Below are positions 46,116 through 60,585 of a stretch of DNA of 64,000 nucleotides, piece after piece. Origin of the DNA: the human T2T-CHM13v2.0 reference genome, Homo sapiens. Position numbers and translations under genes: made by a program. The notes beneath the pieces are model-generated. The model searched no databases. It was not told the origin of the DNA and was given only the letters and a program-made list of their open reading frames with translations. Every line of letters begins with the position of its first letter. The stretch's first letter is position 1. Location of the stretch: NCBI RefSeq assembly GCF_009914755.1, contig NC_060926.1, one strand, 5' to 3'.

Positions 46116-46202
46116 GCCTAGACTCCAGTCTTCTTTGCTGTAAACTGGTTCATTCAGAACACTTCCATTGAGCGCTTACTATGTGCCAGGCTGGCGGGGA
46201 AA

Positions 46203-46566
46203 TGTATTAGTTTATTCTCATGCTGCTAGTAAAGACATACCAGAGACTGGGTAATTGATAAAGGAAAGAGCTTTAATGGACTCACAGTTCCACATGGCTG
46301 AGGAGGCCTCACAATCATGATGGAAGATGAAGAAAGAGAAAAAGAATATCTTATATGGCGGCAGGCAAGTGAACTTGTGTAGGGGAACTCCCCTTTATAA
46401 AATCGTCAGATCTTGTGAGACTTATTCACTATCATGAGAACAGCATGGGAATGACCCGTCCCCATGATTCAATTACCTACTGCTGGGTCCCTCCCATGAC
46501 ACATGGGAATTATGGGAGCTACAATTCAAGATGAGATTTGGGTGGGGACACAGCCAAATCATATCA
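46203..46566 (-). mobile_element. THE1 solo LTR (THE1C/D-like)
   Basis: tgtattagt...gagatttgggtggggacacagccaaatcatatca; perfect ggaaa TSD. Confidence 0.95.
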
Positions 46567-47734
46567 GGAAATGTAAAAAAGATCTAGTTTTGGCCTTAAA
46601 TAGCTTGCATCTAGTGGACTCACAGAGATGCGTCAAAGGAGATACTTGGTGCTACACGTGAACCCTAATGGTTCCCCAGCAGTGGCCTTGAATCACAAAA
46701 ATCCTGTTTGACCATATGGAGATAGATCTGTTGTTCCTTCCGTGACAAACTGCCTCTTAGGGAAACAGATATTTTTCTACAGATCTTTCAATTTCTGTTT
46801 GGAGAATGACTACTGTATCCAGGCTTGACGTTCAGAATGTATGCCTGCAGCCCATGAAATTTGTTTTCTCTCTGAGTAATGGGGCTTTTCCACCCGGTGT
46901 CTCCATGGCATCTGTGAGATCAAAGTCATTTATTTCACAACAAATATTAAGGCCCAAACAGCTTAAACTTGACAGAAGTCAGAATCTCTAGGGAAAATGC
47001 AGAGTTTAAACAAAAATAACTCACTAAGGCCCTTATCCAGTACTTCTGAATTTTATATACCAAATATATTGAGCCATTCACGGATACGATTATTATACTT
47101 TGGATATATGTCAAATAGTCATTTTTAAAGAAGTAGCCTTCTGTTTTCACTATCTAAATTTTACGGCAGATTGTGGTGGCCTAAATGTAACGCCCTCACA
47201 GGGAAACGTTTTCTATGGAACCTTTTCCACAAAGGTGTCAGATATCTGGGGTACAAATGATAGTGAAATTTGGGATTGACTTTTTAAAAAATTATTTTAG
47301 CAGAATAGAAAGGAAAATAATGTATTTTTATAATAGTAGATCTCACATTTTCTAGGGCATAGGCCATTTTCATGAAGGATGTACTTTGAGCTTTCCTACT
47401 TTTCAAAACATAGAAACAGCACCAAGACAAATGGGAATACAGCTCTTCTTTTTAATAGGATGGTGAATTAGAGAGGGGAGAAGAATCAGAAACTTAACAG
47501 GGGTCAGTATACCTGAGTTCTAGACCCAGGTCTACTTTGTCTGTGAGATGATCTTTTATGTCATTTTCCTTTTATTACATTAAGGTTAAGAAATGAGATT
47601 CATTCTCTGAGTTTTCTGATATTAAAATAAAGGGTAAGGTAAATGATATTATTACTAATATTGAACAACTTTATTTATTTAACATTTGTTGATAGCATAC
47701 TCTGCACTAAGCTCCATTCCAGGCACTGGGGCTG

Positions 47735-48394
<660 letters not shown>

Positions 48395-51109
48395 GGCCAC
48401 CACTAAAGGGGTTGCTAATTTAGACAAGAAAAATACATATTCTCATGACAAATATCAAAGTTTAAAAGACTTCATAATTGTGTCAGCATTATGTGTTAAG
48501 AATCTCATATTTAAAGGAAAGTTTAGAAACCTATCCACAACCTTTAGGCATCTTGAAAAATGGAAATAGATCTCCTCCCCACCCTTAAAAGCAGAGCCAC
48601 TAGAATGAGGGAGAATGAAGTCTGGACAGGTAAAGGGATGGAGCATGTACTGGTCTAGGATGCCCCAGCATTCACTTCCTCATCTTCACGCCCTCTTCTC
48701 CCAATGCTTATTCTGTGCCTCTGGGGAATACTGACATTTACTCCACCAAAGGTACAGAAGCGTGCACACACACATACCCACACACACACACAAAAGCACA
48801 TACACGCTCAACATACATATACACACATGGGCCTGAGCTCCTCAAAATGGCTAGCTAAATTCATGCAGCACACTAAAGAGAGCTAAATCCATGCAACACT
48901 AAAGAGAGAGCATCACTTTTCTGAATTCAAAAGACTGGATTGCACTGAATATAATGGGTAAACAACTGAAATTTCAAACTCCAACAGCCTTAATAGACAG
49001 AGAAAGCATGGTGCACTTACTATAAAAAATAGTAACAATTATTCCCAGTCAATGATAGTGAATCTTTCCAGGATATTTTGGTTGATATTTTGGCTGATTG
49101 GACAATCCTGGAATTTAAAATGTTATTCAGTATTGAGCACAACATTTTCGGGTAATGACGGAAGCTGATCTTCCGTCTTCACTGTTTAAAGACAGGAGAT
49201 TGGTGGTTAAGACTGCAGAAAAGTTATTAGGGCTGTAGTTTCACTTGTGATATAAATGAATCTCCTTTGAATGTTGAGATCCTTGAAAGTCCTCCTAAGT
49301 GGCATTTATTAATGTGCTTTATCATGTCCAGGAAATAGTAGTAGTCAGTGTGGGTGTTTCTTTTCAGGGGAATGAGAGTGTAAGAGGGGGAAAAAAGAGT
49401 TGCTCTTTCATGAATGTCTAAGAAGGGATTCTGAGAAATGCCACAATACTGGACTAACCCATTTATTTTGTAATAAAGACTAGGTATAACTCATCTTTTG
49501 GGGTTTTGTTTAATTTCGAACCCCTAACTCTATTGTTAATCCCTGTCAGTTTCCCCTGTAATTACAATCTGTTAACATTTCAAACAGACAGGAGGTTGTA
49601 AACTTTGAAATTCCGTCGGTAGGTAGAGTTGATATTATTCAGACAGGATGAATTCCACCAAGGGGGAGAAATGTGGAGGAGAGGAAACAGATGAGATACT
49701 GGGAGTGAGAATGTAATGGGAATAAATCCACAGGCCCCGAATGGCACACCTGGAACATCCCTGCTACTGCTCCAGCTTGTTCCCAGGTGATCCTCAGCAC
49801 AGCCTTAGAACCTTTGGAAACCCAGGCAGCCATGACCACTCAATTATCCTGGGCACTAGAGATGAAACCTATTTCTTATTTTTGGATAGGATTTGTGAGA
49901 TAAAAAGACAAGGAATCATGGTCAACTGAATCAAAAAAAAAATCTCTGGATACTCACCAGGGTAGAAGAGCCTAAAGAGCCTGACCTGAAAAACACCTTA
50001 GACATAAATTTTACAAATGAGGAAGCTGAGTTTCAAAAGGCTGTTCCTTGACAAACACCAAAATAATTGATGACAACCACAAATAGCATGTTTCAATGGC
50101 ATCACCATGTATGCTGTCCCACCCATCAATCAGAAGCATGCATCTGCATTTTAATATATGCCTATAATTGCTTATTATTCAAGTTTTCTATTCAAAAAGC
50201 ATTCTTGGTCATATATACTGTGAGTAATTGAGTCTCTACTATATATTGGTAAATGATTTGCATGATCTGGACCCCACAGTCCTAGCATGACATTTCCCTC
50301 TTTTCCTATTACTAGCCATTCACAGCATCCAAAGACAACAGAGTTGCTGGATCACTGCCAGGCCCCAGGCATTGAAGCCTTGCTTGCTGCAATTCTCTTT
50401 GGCTAAGTTAGGCACATACTAAAATGGATACAAGGATCCCATAGCAATTGCCTTGTAAGACACTTAAAGGCAACTGATCACAAGGTGGACAAGGGAAAGC
50501 TTTCAAGAACCCTGAAATTGAATTTGGAGTCACTAATACAGCTAGGGAATGATAGCGTGGAATGTCTCAAGGTCGCTTGCAACAGAGAAAGGGGGCCTTA
50601 TTTCAAAGAAATTGCCCTGTCTGCCAGGATAAAAATGAGACACACACAGCAAAGAGAAAAGAGCAGCTGCTACAGAGCATTACCAAGGGAGAGACTGCAA
50701 AACAAATCATCAGTGGGAAGGAGAATGAGGAACACCACGAATTTCTTCCATCACTGGACAAGAAGCGCTCTCTCCTCTAATTCATAGGATAAAAAGAAAG
50801 CTGGCTCCAAATGGCCATTTAAGCCCAGTAGGGCCCTTTGCAAGAATGCGAAAGAGAGAAGATAACATGATTTTCTCCACTGTGTCAAGATGCAATGGCT
50901 ACATATACCTCCTGCAGCTGAATTATAAAGGCTGGAGCGTGCTTGCGACCATTTGGACCACATGGTTCCCGCTGTCAAAAGGTACCCCCCAGAGACATCA
51001 TTTTCCACTGCCTATGGATCAGACGTCCAACAGATTCCAGGAGGCACAATGTTAATAGACTGAAATTGTCTTTGCTTCTGGAGGCAAAAGTGAAGATAGG
51101 CAGGGCAAA

Positions 51110-51538
51110 GATTTTCTCTTGTGCTTTCTTCTAGAACTTTTATAGTTTCAGGTTTCACATTGTGTATGATCCCCTTTGAGTTAATTTTTTTATGTGATGC
51201 AAGATATGGATCAAGATTTGGATTTGAATATGGATAACCAATTGTTCCAGCACCATTTGCTGAAAAGACTATCTTTTCTTCACTAAATTGCTTTTTTAAC
51301 TTTGAAAAGAATCAATTAACCCATATATGTGTGTATCTATTTCTGGACTTTCTATTCTGCTTCATTGATTTATATTGTCTATTCTTTTGCCATTACCACA
51401 CGGGCTTGATTACTGTAGCTTCATAGGAACTCTTGAAATTAGGTAGTGTGATTCCTCCAACTTTGTTCTTTTTCAAAATTATGCTGGCTATTACAGTTCC
51501 TTTGTCTTACCATATATATTTTAGAATCAGCTTGCTGA

Positions 51539-51575
<37 letters not shown>

Positions 51576-51625
51576 CTGCTAGATTTTTCACTAGAACTGT
51601 ACTGAATTCATACATCTATATTATT
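51110..51625 (-). mobile_element. L1M ORF2 fragment containing (CA)n at ~51545-51572
   Basis: ccaattgttccagcaccatttgctgaaaagact...cttgattactgtagct...cctccaactttgttcttttt. Confidence 0.88.
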
Positions 51626-53793
51626 TTTTTTTTAAGATAAATTGCTTCATAAATTTATTCTGATGCTTCTGGTTCAAACTCAGGGATACAGAGGTTTCTA
51701 CTTTAACCTCTTCTCTGTTAAACTTGTGTCTCTTTCCTTCCACACCAAATATCCTAGTTCTCTAGGACACTGAAAGTGATAGAATTGGAACATTTCATAA
51801 TTGTTCATCTAGTTTATCCCATATTACAAACATAGTCTCTGAATAATACTCATATTATAACAATATAATTACTAATATTAATTAAAAACTTTTTTGCATA
51901 TGCCTTTTTTCTCCCATTTTTATAATTGTACTATATCTACATTTTCTGAACATATAGTCATCCCATTACTATAAAAAATCTGCCTTGATATTTTTTCTAA
52001 AAGACACACTCATCTATTTATTTAACTGAGTTATTCTCTGCCTCCTTCAAAAATGATTTTAAACTCCCTTAAAAAGAGGAAAATACAGTTGGGTAAAAAG
52101 GAGGAAGCAAATATGTTAACCATAATTTAAATATGCGTTATGATTAAGTGCAATATTTGGCTCAATGCATCCTAACAGCCAAATTAAAGGTAAAAATGTG
52201 ACAAGTTACATAAAGTGGTATTTTTCAAATACAATTGTTATTTTTTTTAAGATTAAAGGCAGACTTTTTTTTTACATTACATTACTAGGAGACAAAAATT
52301 GAGATGTGTAATAACATCCTCAATTAGAGTTTCACAGAAATGTAAAAAAAAATTGACGTGAAAAAAGTTCAACATAATATTAAAGTGCAAATCAGTAAAA
52401 CCGAGAGATCTTTCAGAGAAAGACCTTTATCTTAAACTGTTTTTTAATACTTTTAATGTACATCATGTAGCTGTTTGTCTCTTTTTATTATAGTATATAT
52501 TATTACAGAAATATTTTAAATATTTATATTTAAATATATTTATACATATATATGGTACATATGTATATATTTTTGCTTTTCTAATTAGAAAGAATTTCCC
52601 ACTATCAACATTATCACTAAGAACTTTAGCTGACTCTTTGAGTCAAGAAAACACTTTGAAAGTTCTACTCAGCCACAGCTTAGAAACTGCCCAACGTGCT
52701 TCACCACCAAGCTTAGGCTATGTTAAAGCAAACGTGGCATCAGCTTCAAGGGCAAGGCAGGGGAAGAAGACATTAGTTGCAGATATAATAATATGGGAAA
52801 AGGGGGTCAAAGAATGGACATTTGACTAATGGGGTGAACAGCAGGAGAAGAGTGTTAGTGACTATGAGACAGTGGATGTGGAAGGAAAGATCACAGTACC
52901 ATTGACTGTCCATTGTAAAAGTCCAGCAAGACCTAAAGGAAATGAGCATGTCCTAGAGAAGTCTGAATTTGTTAACAGGAGACTAGCTTAATGGACAGTG
53001 AATAATAGTATTACTGGAAAAGGTAATCTGGATAGGAATAAGATATAGATAAATCAAAGATTGAAGTTTCCTGAATTCTCCCACACAGAGTTATATACAA
53101 ATTCTAACACCACAGTATTTTCCACCTTGAATCATGCTTCATGAGTTTGCTTTATGAAAGAGCATTTCATTTACTTGATGGTGACAGCTTGCCCATTTTC
53201 AGGTGACTACATCCTTATCACCACTTGAGAGCCAGTGGGCTCCTCTCAGAAAATCGGGCTTACACAGACAAGATAGTCCACGGTTTTATGCCAAATTTCT
53301 CTATCTATCTCTTGCTACTCTCTGAGGGCATTCTGACCTCTTAATTCCTTGAGGGCCATAATTGACCAGAAACACTCTTGACTGCATCAGGAATTGAGTG
53401 GGAACTCTTGATAGGTCTTTGGTCAATCACTTAAGAAAATCCATTTCATTTAAGTCATTCCTGGAAATTTTTTCTTTTACTTAATTATGTTGTGCACCCT
53501 TTTGCTTCCCTCTCATGATATCAGGACACACAGGTTAATGTGAAAGAAGCATATGCAGTTACTAAAGAAATGAAGTTTTTCCACTGATAGGTATATGGGT
53601 TAGATTGAATATTAACACTGATTCCTCGTGCTCTTTCCTTATGACGCCTAAGTAATAAGTTATTTGCTTTCATAAATTTTTGAAATTGTATGTGATTAGT
53701 AATAAAAGGTCTGCATCAGAAAATAATATCCTTACCAACAGGAAACAGGGGTTTCAGTTGAAAAGCATGAAACATATATTTTCTTGATAAAGC

Positions 53794-54130
53794 TGATATG
53801 GTTTGGCTGTCCCCACCCAAATCTCATCTTGAACTATAGCTCCAACAATTCCCACGTGTGGTGAGAGGTAATTGAATCATGGGGGCGGGTCTTTCTCATG
53901 CTGTTCTCATGATAGTGAATAAGTCTCATGAAATCTGATGGTTTTATAAGGGGGAGTTTCCCTGCACAAATTTTCTCTTGTCTGTCACCATGTAAGACCT
54001 GCCTTTCACCTTCCACTATTATTATGAGCCTCCCCAGACATGTGAAACTGTGAGTCCATTAAACTTCTTTTTCTTTATAAATTACCTAGTTTTAGGTATG
54101 TCTTTATCAGCAGTGTGAAATAAAGTATAG
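53794..54130 (+). mobile_element. THE1 solo LTR
   Basis: tgatatggtttggctg...cccaaatctcatcttgaa...ggtatgtctttatcagcagtgtgaaa. Confidence 0.92.
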
Positions 54131-54149
54131 AAAGTCTATTATATTGGAA

Positions 54150-54335
54150 AGAACACTGGGGCTCAGGCATTAGCTCAACCCTTAGGTCCATACCTTATGG
54201 TCACATAATATTGGATAAGTCACTCAATATCTTTGAGCCTTGTTTAACATAGAAATAATAATAATGACCTCACTGGATTAGTCGCGGTCAGATTAAATAA
54301 CATGTGAAAAAGTTCTTGGTAAATGCTAATGTATT
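54150..54335 (+). mobile_element. MIR (degenerate)
   Basis: ttggataagtcactcaatatctttgagcct...ataataatgacctcac. Confidence 0.6.
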
Positions 54336-55731
54336 CTGTAACTGTAGTCTATCAGTATGTGTGGCTTTTTATAAAAGTCTAGGTCTGCTTTGTGATCCCA
54401 GAAATCCCCTTCATCCTATTCTGGTGTGGGGCCTGCATTCATGCTGCCTTATCTCCACAAACAGCTGGAATGAATCATTAGGAGCTGTCATTCTTCCCAC
54501 CTGGGAAGAGTAACTGGCTTGTGTCTGATCCCCCAATAAGCTGTCAAGGGAGGAGGAGTCAGGAAGCCGGATGGAGAGTGAGTGACATTGGACCCACAGT
54601 CAGCACATCACATACCCCATCCCAGGCCATGATAGCTTCTAACTATGAAGAATGACAGCAAGCCAATGAGTCCTTTCATCTTCAGGGCAAGACGTTGGTT
54701 GCTTTAAGATGACGAATGTTATTTATTTGGTTGAGAGCAGAAATGATCATACACATTAATATAATTTCATCAGTTTCTGAAAGAGACCCCTGCATCCACA
54801 CCCTTCCCTCCCACCACTTAAACCCGCTGGTTATGTACCAAACGTGACATTAAATAATACGTTTTTCTTTTTGCTGACAAACAAAATCAGATGCTAATCA
54901 ATAGGAATTCAGTTGGCAGAGATGTCTTGCTCATCAGTGAAATTACATCTGGGTCTTGTTGGCTTGATGGTAGGAAATCCTTTTGATGAGAAAATGAAAT
55001 GAAAAAAAAATGCTCTCTCTTATCATAAGAAACTATAAACAACCACAACACTCAACAATCAATCAAGCAAACAAACAGAAAACCCCTCAGTTGTTGGGGT
55101 GTTGGAAACTAATTTTATCACACTGTTGCCCCTCTCCCACAATTTAATACAAGCTATTGAGAAATAATTATACGATTTGCTTATTCAAAATTTAAATATG
55201 CTTTCTAGACGATTACTCTAAAAAAACAGCGGGAGCTCAAAGAAGGATGTCCTATTGTTTTGGGGCCACCTTGACAAGGCTGTGTCCATCAAAACTGACC
55301 CTTTCACTCATATTCAATGAGGCTACTAACCTAGCTCCATAGCTATTGTTTACCCTTTCAAGGAAACACACGAAACATCAGCATTTCCTAATAATAAGTC
55401 TCCCCAGGTGTTCTTGTTTAGGTAGAACCCCTTCATCCATCAGTGAAGGTCCATTGCCAACCTGTAGATCTAGGATAGTGTTGATGCTTTTGTTATTAAT
55501 CAAGCTCTTAGTACATCAAAAGAAAGTGGCTCATCCCCTTTTTTTCTCCCCACCAAATATTGTGAAGACAATAGAATAAGGGGGAAAACACTCACTGAAA
55601 ACATAAGCACAGTGTATAATTTGGAATGGCCATTAACCAGAATATAATAATTCTGTCAGAGATATTTCTCACAACGCTGAAGAGTGTTTTGAATTGGTGA
55701 AACCTTTAAAATAGAATATTGAATATCATAG

Positions 55732-55915
55732 TCTCTCCTTCCTTCCTTCCTTCGTTCCTTCCTTCCTTCCTTCATTCCTCCCTCCCTCCCTACCTCTCTT
55801 TCCTCCCTCTTCTTTCTTTTCTTTCCTCTTCTTTCTTTCTTTTTTCTTTCTTTTCTTTCTTTTTTCTTTCTTTCCTTCTTTCTTTCTTTTTTCTTTGTTT
55901 CTTCTTTCTCTTTCT

Positions 55916-55971
<56 letters not shown>

Positions 55972-55995
55972 TTCTTTCTTCCTTTCTTTCCCTCT
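55732..55995. repeat. Compound (TTCC)n/(TTTC)n polypyrimidine microsatellite
   Basis: Read directly; ~260 bp almost purely C/T. Confidence 0.97.
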
Positions 55996-57589
55996 TCCCA
56001 CCACCCTGCTCCTCTTCTTTTTAGCTATAGGGCCTCCAAATGCTTTCACATATATTAGTTTACTTACACATACATTAGTTTACTTTATCTTCATAGAAAT
56101 CCTAAAAACTAGTTAGGACCACTAGAATGATGTTTGGGTATTAAAAATAAGATTAGCAACTTTTTTAAGGTCAATCAAATGAGAGATTATACATCGGAGA
56201 TTCAAATCCAGGTTTCCAAACACCTGAGGTAGGGCTTTTTTCAATATTTCTAACTACTCTATTCCTATTCAATTTAGGTACTGAATGCCTGGTGGTCAAT
56301 CCACATTTTAAGGTTGCATTCACTAGAATCAGATGTAAGTATAAAGTCCAAGTAAGCAAAAAAGCATATTGAAAACAATTTCAAAATTTCTGGGAGAACT
56401 GCTAAAAATATCAATAAGAATAAGCATTTTCTAGCTTAATCCTTTACATAAATAGATGCTACTGCTGACAGTGTTTTTTCCAGAGCTGGACTTCCCACTG
56501 TCAGCAAGAGGCATGCTGAGATATTTACGGTGATCATGTTTTACATCACTCCATCTCTATCCTCCCTGGCTTTCTCAGCATTCTCTGAGCAGGGTGGGAT
56601 AAAAGGCTGGTATCATGTAGCGATGACCTCAAAAGCCCCACACTGGGCACTGTCAATATGGCATGTTCTCCCCAGCTTCCCGTTCTTTGAATCCCTTCCC
56701 TGACAACCAGATGGATTGTTATGTATTTGCTTGCATAATGTGGCCCCCAATACTAACCTGGCTGTCTCATTTCTGATAGACAAGGATGTGGGACTCACAT
56801 TAAAGCTGAGTTTCCAGCTGCACTCACTCTGTGCATACTCAGTGTTGATTATCTACTTGCCTGGAATAAAACAGGAGGGGCCACCACCATGGCTCATCCA
56901 AATGCTCCAGTAATTTAGATTCGCTATGATACCACGTGGTTGGGTCCATGCAGATTGGGGTGGAGTAACAATACTTCCAAGAACCTCAACTGTAAACATA
57001 CAAAAACCAAATCTTAGGAAGAAGTAGTGAAAAGTAAAGGAAAGCAAATGGGTCTATCAGAATGAGCAGAGATAATGGTTTAGCACAGGGTTAGGAAATC
57101 AGAGAAAGTAGAGTCCTATAATATCTGACATTCCCTCTTGGATCCTTTCCTTCCCTTTTGTTCTTCCCTGCACTTGCTTTGTTCAGTTCCTCTGCAGAAA
57201 CACTTACCTCTTCAGTCTTGCAGAAGCCTTCCCTTAGTAATAATGGTACTGAAATTCATCTTCCATGGTAAGTCAAACCAGGAGCCAGAGGCTCCCTTTC
57301 TGAACTCCAGACTGATGCAGAGACAAATTTATCTTTTTGCTTTGTATTGAGCACAAGCTCTGCTCACCAAATCTTGATGGCTCCTTCTGTGCCTCCAGAG
57401 CCCGAGTTCATGCTTCTTTTGGAGCATTCATTTACTTTGAACATATCTTACAGGAACTTGCTTTCATAACTGTTTGCATCCTTAGTTCAAAAATGTCTGT
57501 GAGGCAGGGACAGTGTCCTCTTAGAAAATTGTTACCAGTACATCAGGACAGTGACGTGGACATAATATATCTCTGAAACATCTAATAGA

Positions 57590-57792
57590 GAGATTTTGCC
57601 CCCATGGCTTAGGGCAAGGGTGGGCATTTGACCATCTCTAGAAATATTTTTGATTGTCAAAACTTGGCAGGAGGCTGTTACTAGATAGAGGCCAGGGATG
57701 GGGCTAAACGTCCTACAGCACCCAGGATATCACTCTACTACAAAGAAGTTTCCAACCCAAAATATCAATAGCGCTGAGGGCAAAAAACCCTG
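57590..57792 (+). mobile_element. MER20
   Basis: gattttgccccc...atttttgattgtca...tagaggccagggatg...cccaaaatatcaatagcgctgagg...aaaccctg. Confidence 0.8.
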
Positions 57793-57944
57793 TTAATGGA
57801 ACAAACTACCATCCCCAGGTAAATCTATACATATCTCCCCAAATAGGCAATTTTTCTGAGATGAACCTGACTAACGTGTCTGTCCAGGACAGTGTCTCAG
57901 CTTAAACAATGTTTCCAGCATAGAATACCTTCTCTTCTCAACAT

Positions 57945-58097
57945 TAGCTCATTTATAACCCTTTGTGAAGCTTATTAAATAGACTTTATTATCCCCATTA
58001 TACAATTAAGGAAATTGAGACTGAGGAAAGTGATCTGTGAAGGTTTCATACCTATGAAGGTGGCAGCAGACCTTGAATTTGAGACTTCTGGCTCCAT
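57945..58097 (-). mobile_element. MIR
   Basis: tattatccccattataca...aggaaattgagact...tctggctcca. Confidence 0.65.
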
Positions 58098-60261
58098 GAT
58101 CAAGAAAAAAAAAAATCAGTCAAGACATGAAGGCATACAAATCCAGGGCATGTTGAGAGAAGAGCCAAGAGTGACATGCCACTGAATCCTAGGGTGCAAA
58201 ACAGAAAGAGAAAGTGGCTTGGGGTCAGATGGTTAGGCCTCCAAACGCCCTTTTAGGCAATTTGAACTTAGGAGAAGTGGAGGGCTGAGGGTAGATCACA
58301 GAATAGATGATTAGACATTTTCTTTGGAAGGAAGGGTGATTTGGCAGTGGATAGGCTGCTTGGAGAAGGAAAGATCATCCAGGAGGTGGCTGCAGTTCTT
58401 CAAGTCCGACTTCTAACCACTAAAGTAGGGTGACAGATAGAGGAACACATCAATCCCTAGAGCAGCCAAACTTACTAGAAGCTGCATAGTTTGCTCCAGA
58501 TAATGTCAAAGTTTTGGGAAAAGTAAGTAACTACTCTGTGGAGGTCGCTGTATACACTCTGTGTCTGTGCTGCCATACACTGAACTAAAGACACAAATCC
58601 TTAAATTTTACATTTCAGATCGATAACCTAGATGTATATAATCTGTAGGCCTATAGTTTAGATCTATGCTTTCCTGACACATGGTGAATAAACAACTAGT
58701 TTCCAGGACTCCAAAGCAACATTCCAAGACTTCTTTCTCCCCTTAAAATACTTGTACTTTAATGGCCTTTATTAACCAAGTAACCCACCTCTATCTTTTA
58801 GGGTATGAGGATTTAGTAAACATATAGATGAGGAATGTGGTGAAGTTTCTTCTAAAAAATATGAGCCTGATTTGAGCTTTGAGATTTAAAAAAATCTCTA
58901 AGCAGCTAGAGGGAATGTAGAATTTCAGGGAGTGTATACATGTTCTCAAAAGAATAATATGCAAACAGCCTAGAAGCCTCCCACCAGTTATACCTGGAGT
59001 GAAGCTTATTCTTCTGTGAATGCGATTTCTTCTTAACCTCCCACAGATGAAACAGAATCCAGCATCACTTGTGATCTATTTCTAATGTAACTAGTGGTGG
59101 CAGCTTGTTTTGCATTTTTTTAACCTTCTTTTTAAACATCAGACTAATCCATCATGAACAGTGACTGCTTTCATTGTATAGGCCTTTGAATTTCAGAATG
59201 CCTAATTTGTTTATTTAAATGAAAAAGAGTTTCTAAAAGAAAGTGGAAAAGCTAAGGAGAGGTTTGGGTTCTTGCTTGCAGGCAAATATTAATTTTGCCT
59301 CTAGGGTCACCATTTTTTGGGAGCTATCAGACACAAATATTCTGTAAAAGCCTCATTACAGGGAGTTTCTACTTTGAGATGGTCAAGAGAGTTGCCTCCA
59401 GGCCACAGCCACTCTGACCTTCTAGGCTTTTGGCCATCTTCAGAGCACAGCCGATTTAATGATTTTATGAGGAGTCTTCCCCACCCAATCCTCTTAATAA
59501 TTGGGCAAGTATTTACCCCATGCATTGGTGTTTTGGTTCAGTGATATCTAGGGGAGAATTGGAAACAACCTTGGATAAAAGAGATGATATTTCTCAAGGC
59601 GTATGATTTTCCCTTTGGATTTGAGTTATAGAAGATCTCAACCCTATTGTTCTTACCCTTCAATGTTGGCCTAGAAGGGAGAAAATTTCCCTAAGCAAGA
59701 TATACCTTTTTGGATGTGTCAGAATATACTAGAACACTGGGCAGCAGAATTTCTGTCCACAAAGTCTTCTTTCCAGGACAGTTTTCTTTCTGTTTCAATG
59801 CAAACCTTCAGAAAGTTTTCTATCAGGGTATATCTAACATTGAGGATCATCAATTGCATTAGTTCAAATCATGGACATGAGGATTGTGTGTTAAGCAAAA
59901 AGAATTTACTGAGTTTCTACTATATGTTGTTTCCTAGGAAGGTTATAATTGAAGAGTGACATACAATTATACTTCTTTGAGGAAGTTAAAATCTATTTGG
60001 ATGGCAATCCTAATTTACCCAAAGAAACGGCAGAGAGAGAAACAATAGCTTCTGATCACAGGAGAAGGGTCATTTGAAATAGACCTTCAGTGTGCCCTTA
60101 GAATTTATAGAAGAAGATAAATGAGAGTTGGTATGCTCAGAGGATACTTCCTTGAAGAGGTAACCCTTGAACTGGATTTTAAATCTTAGACAGCATTTAA
60201 ATACATCAAGATGAAGGAAACAAAATTTCAAATCTGGAGAGCAACATAAATAAAAATTTGG

Positions 60262-60585
60262 GGCCCGGTGCAGTGGCTCACACCTGTAACCCCAGCACTT
60301 TGGGAGGCCGAGGCAGGTGGATCATAAAGTCAGGAGTTTGAGACCAGCCTGGCCAATATGGTGAAACCCAGTCTCTACTAAAAATACAAAAATTAGCCAG
60401 GTGCAGTGGAGCGTGCCTGTAATCCCAGCTACTCGGGAGGTTGAGGCAGAAGAATCACTTGAACCCAGGAGACAGAGGTTGCAGTGAGCCAAGATTTGCC
60501 AGCACACTCCAGCCTGCATGACAGAGTGAGACTCCATCTCAAAATACAAATAAATACATAAACAAATAAAATAAAATAACAATAA
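60262..60585 (+). mobile_element. Alu, AluSg-like
   Basis: Dimeric Alu; aataaaaatttgg TSD. Confidence 0.95.

Noticed and set aside
50485-51134. Cluster of short ORFs and an exon-like minus-strand segment
   Set aside because: No homology I can recognise; weak acceptor
55719-56116. K/E/R-rich and F/L/S-rich ORFs
   Set aside because: Translations of the (TTTC)n microsatellite
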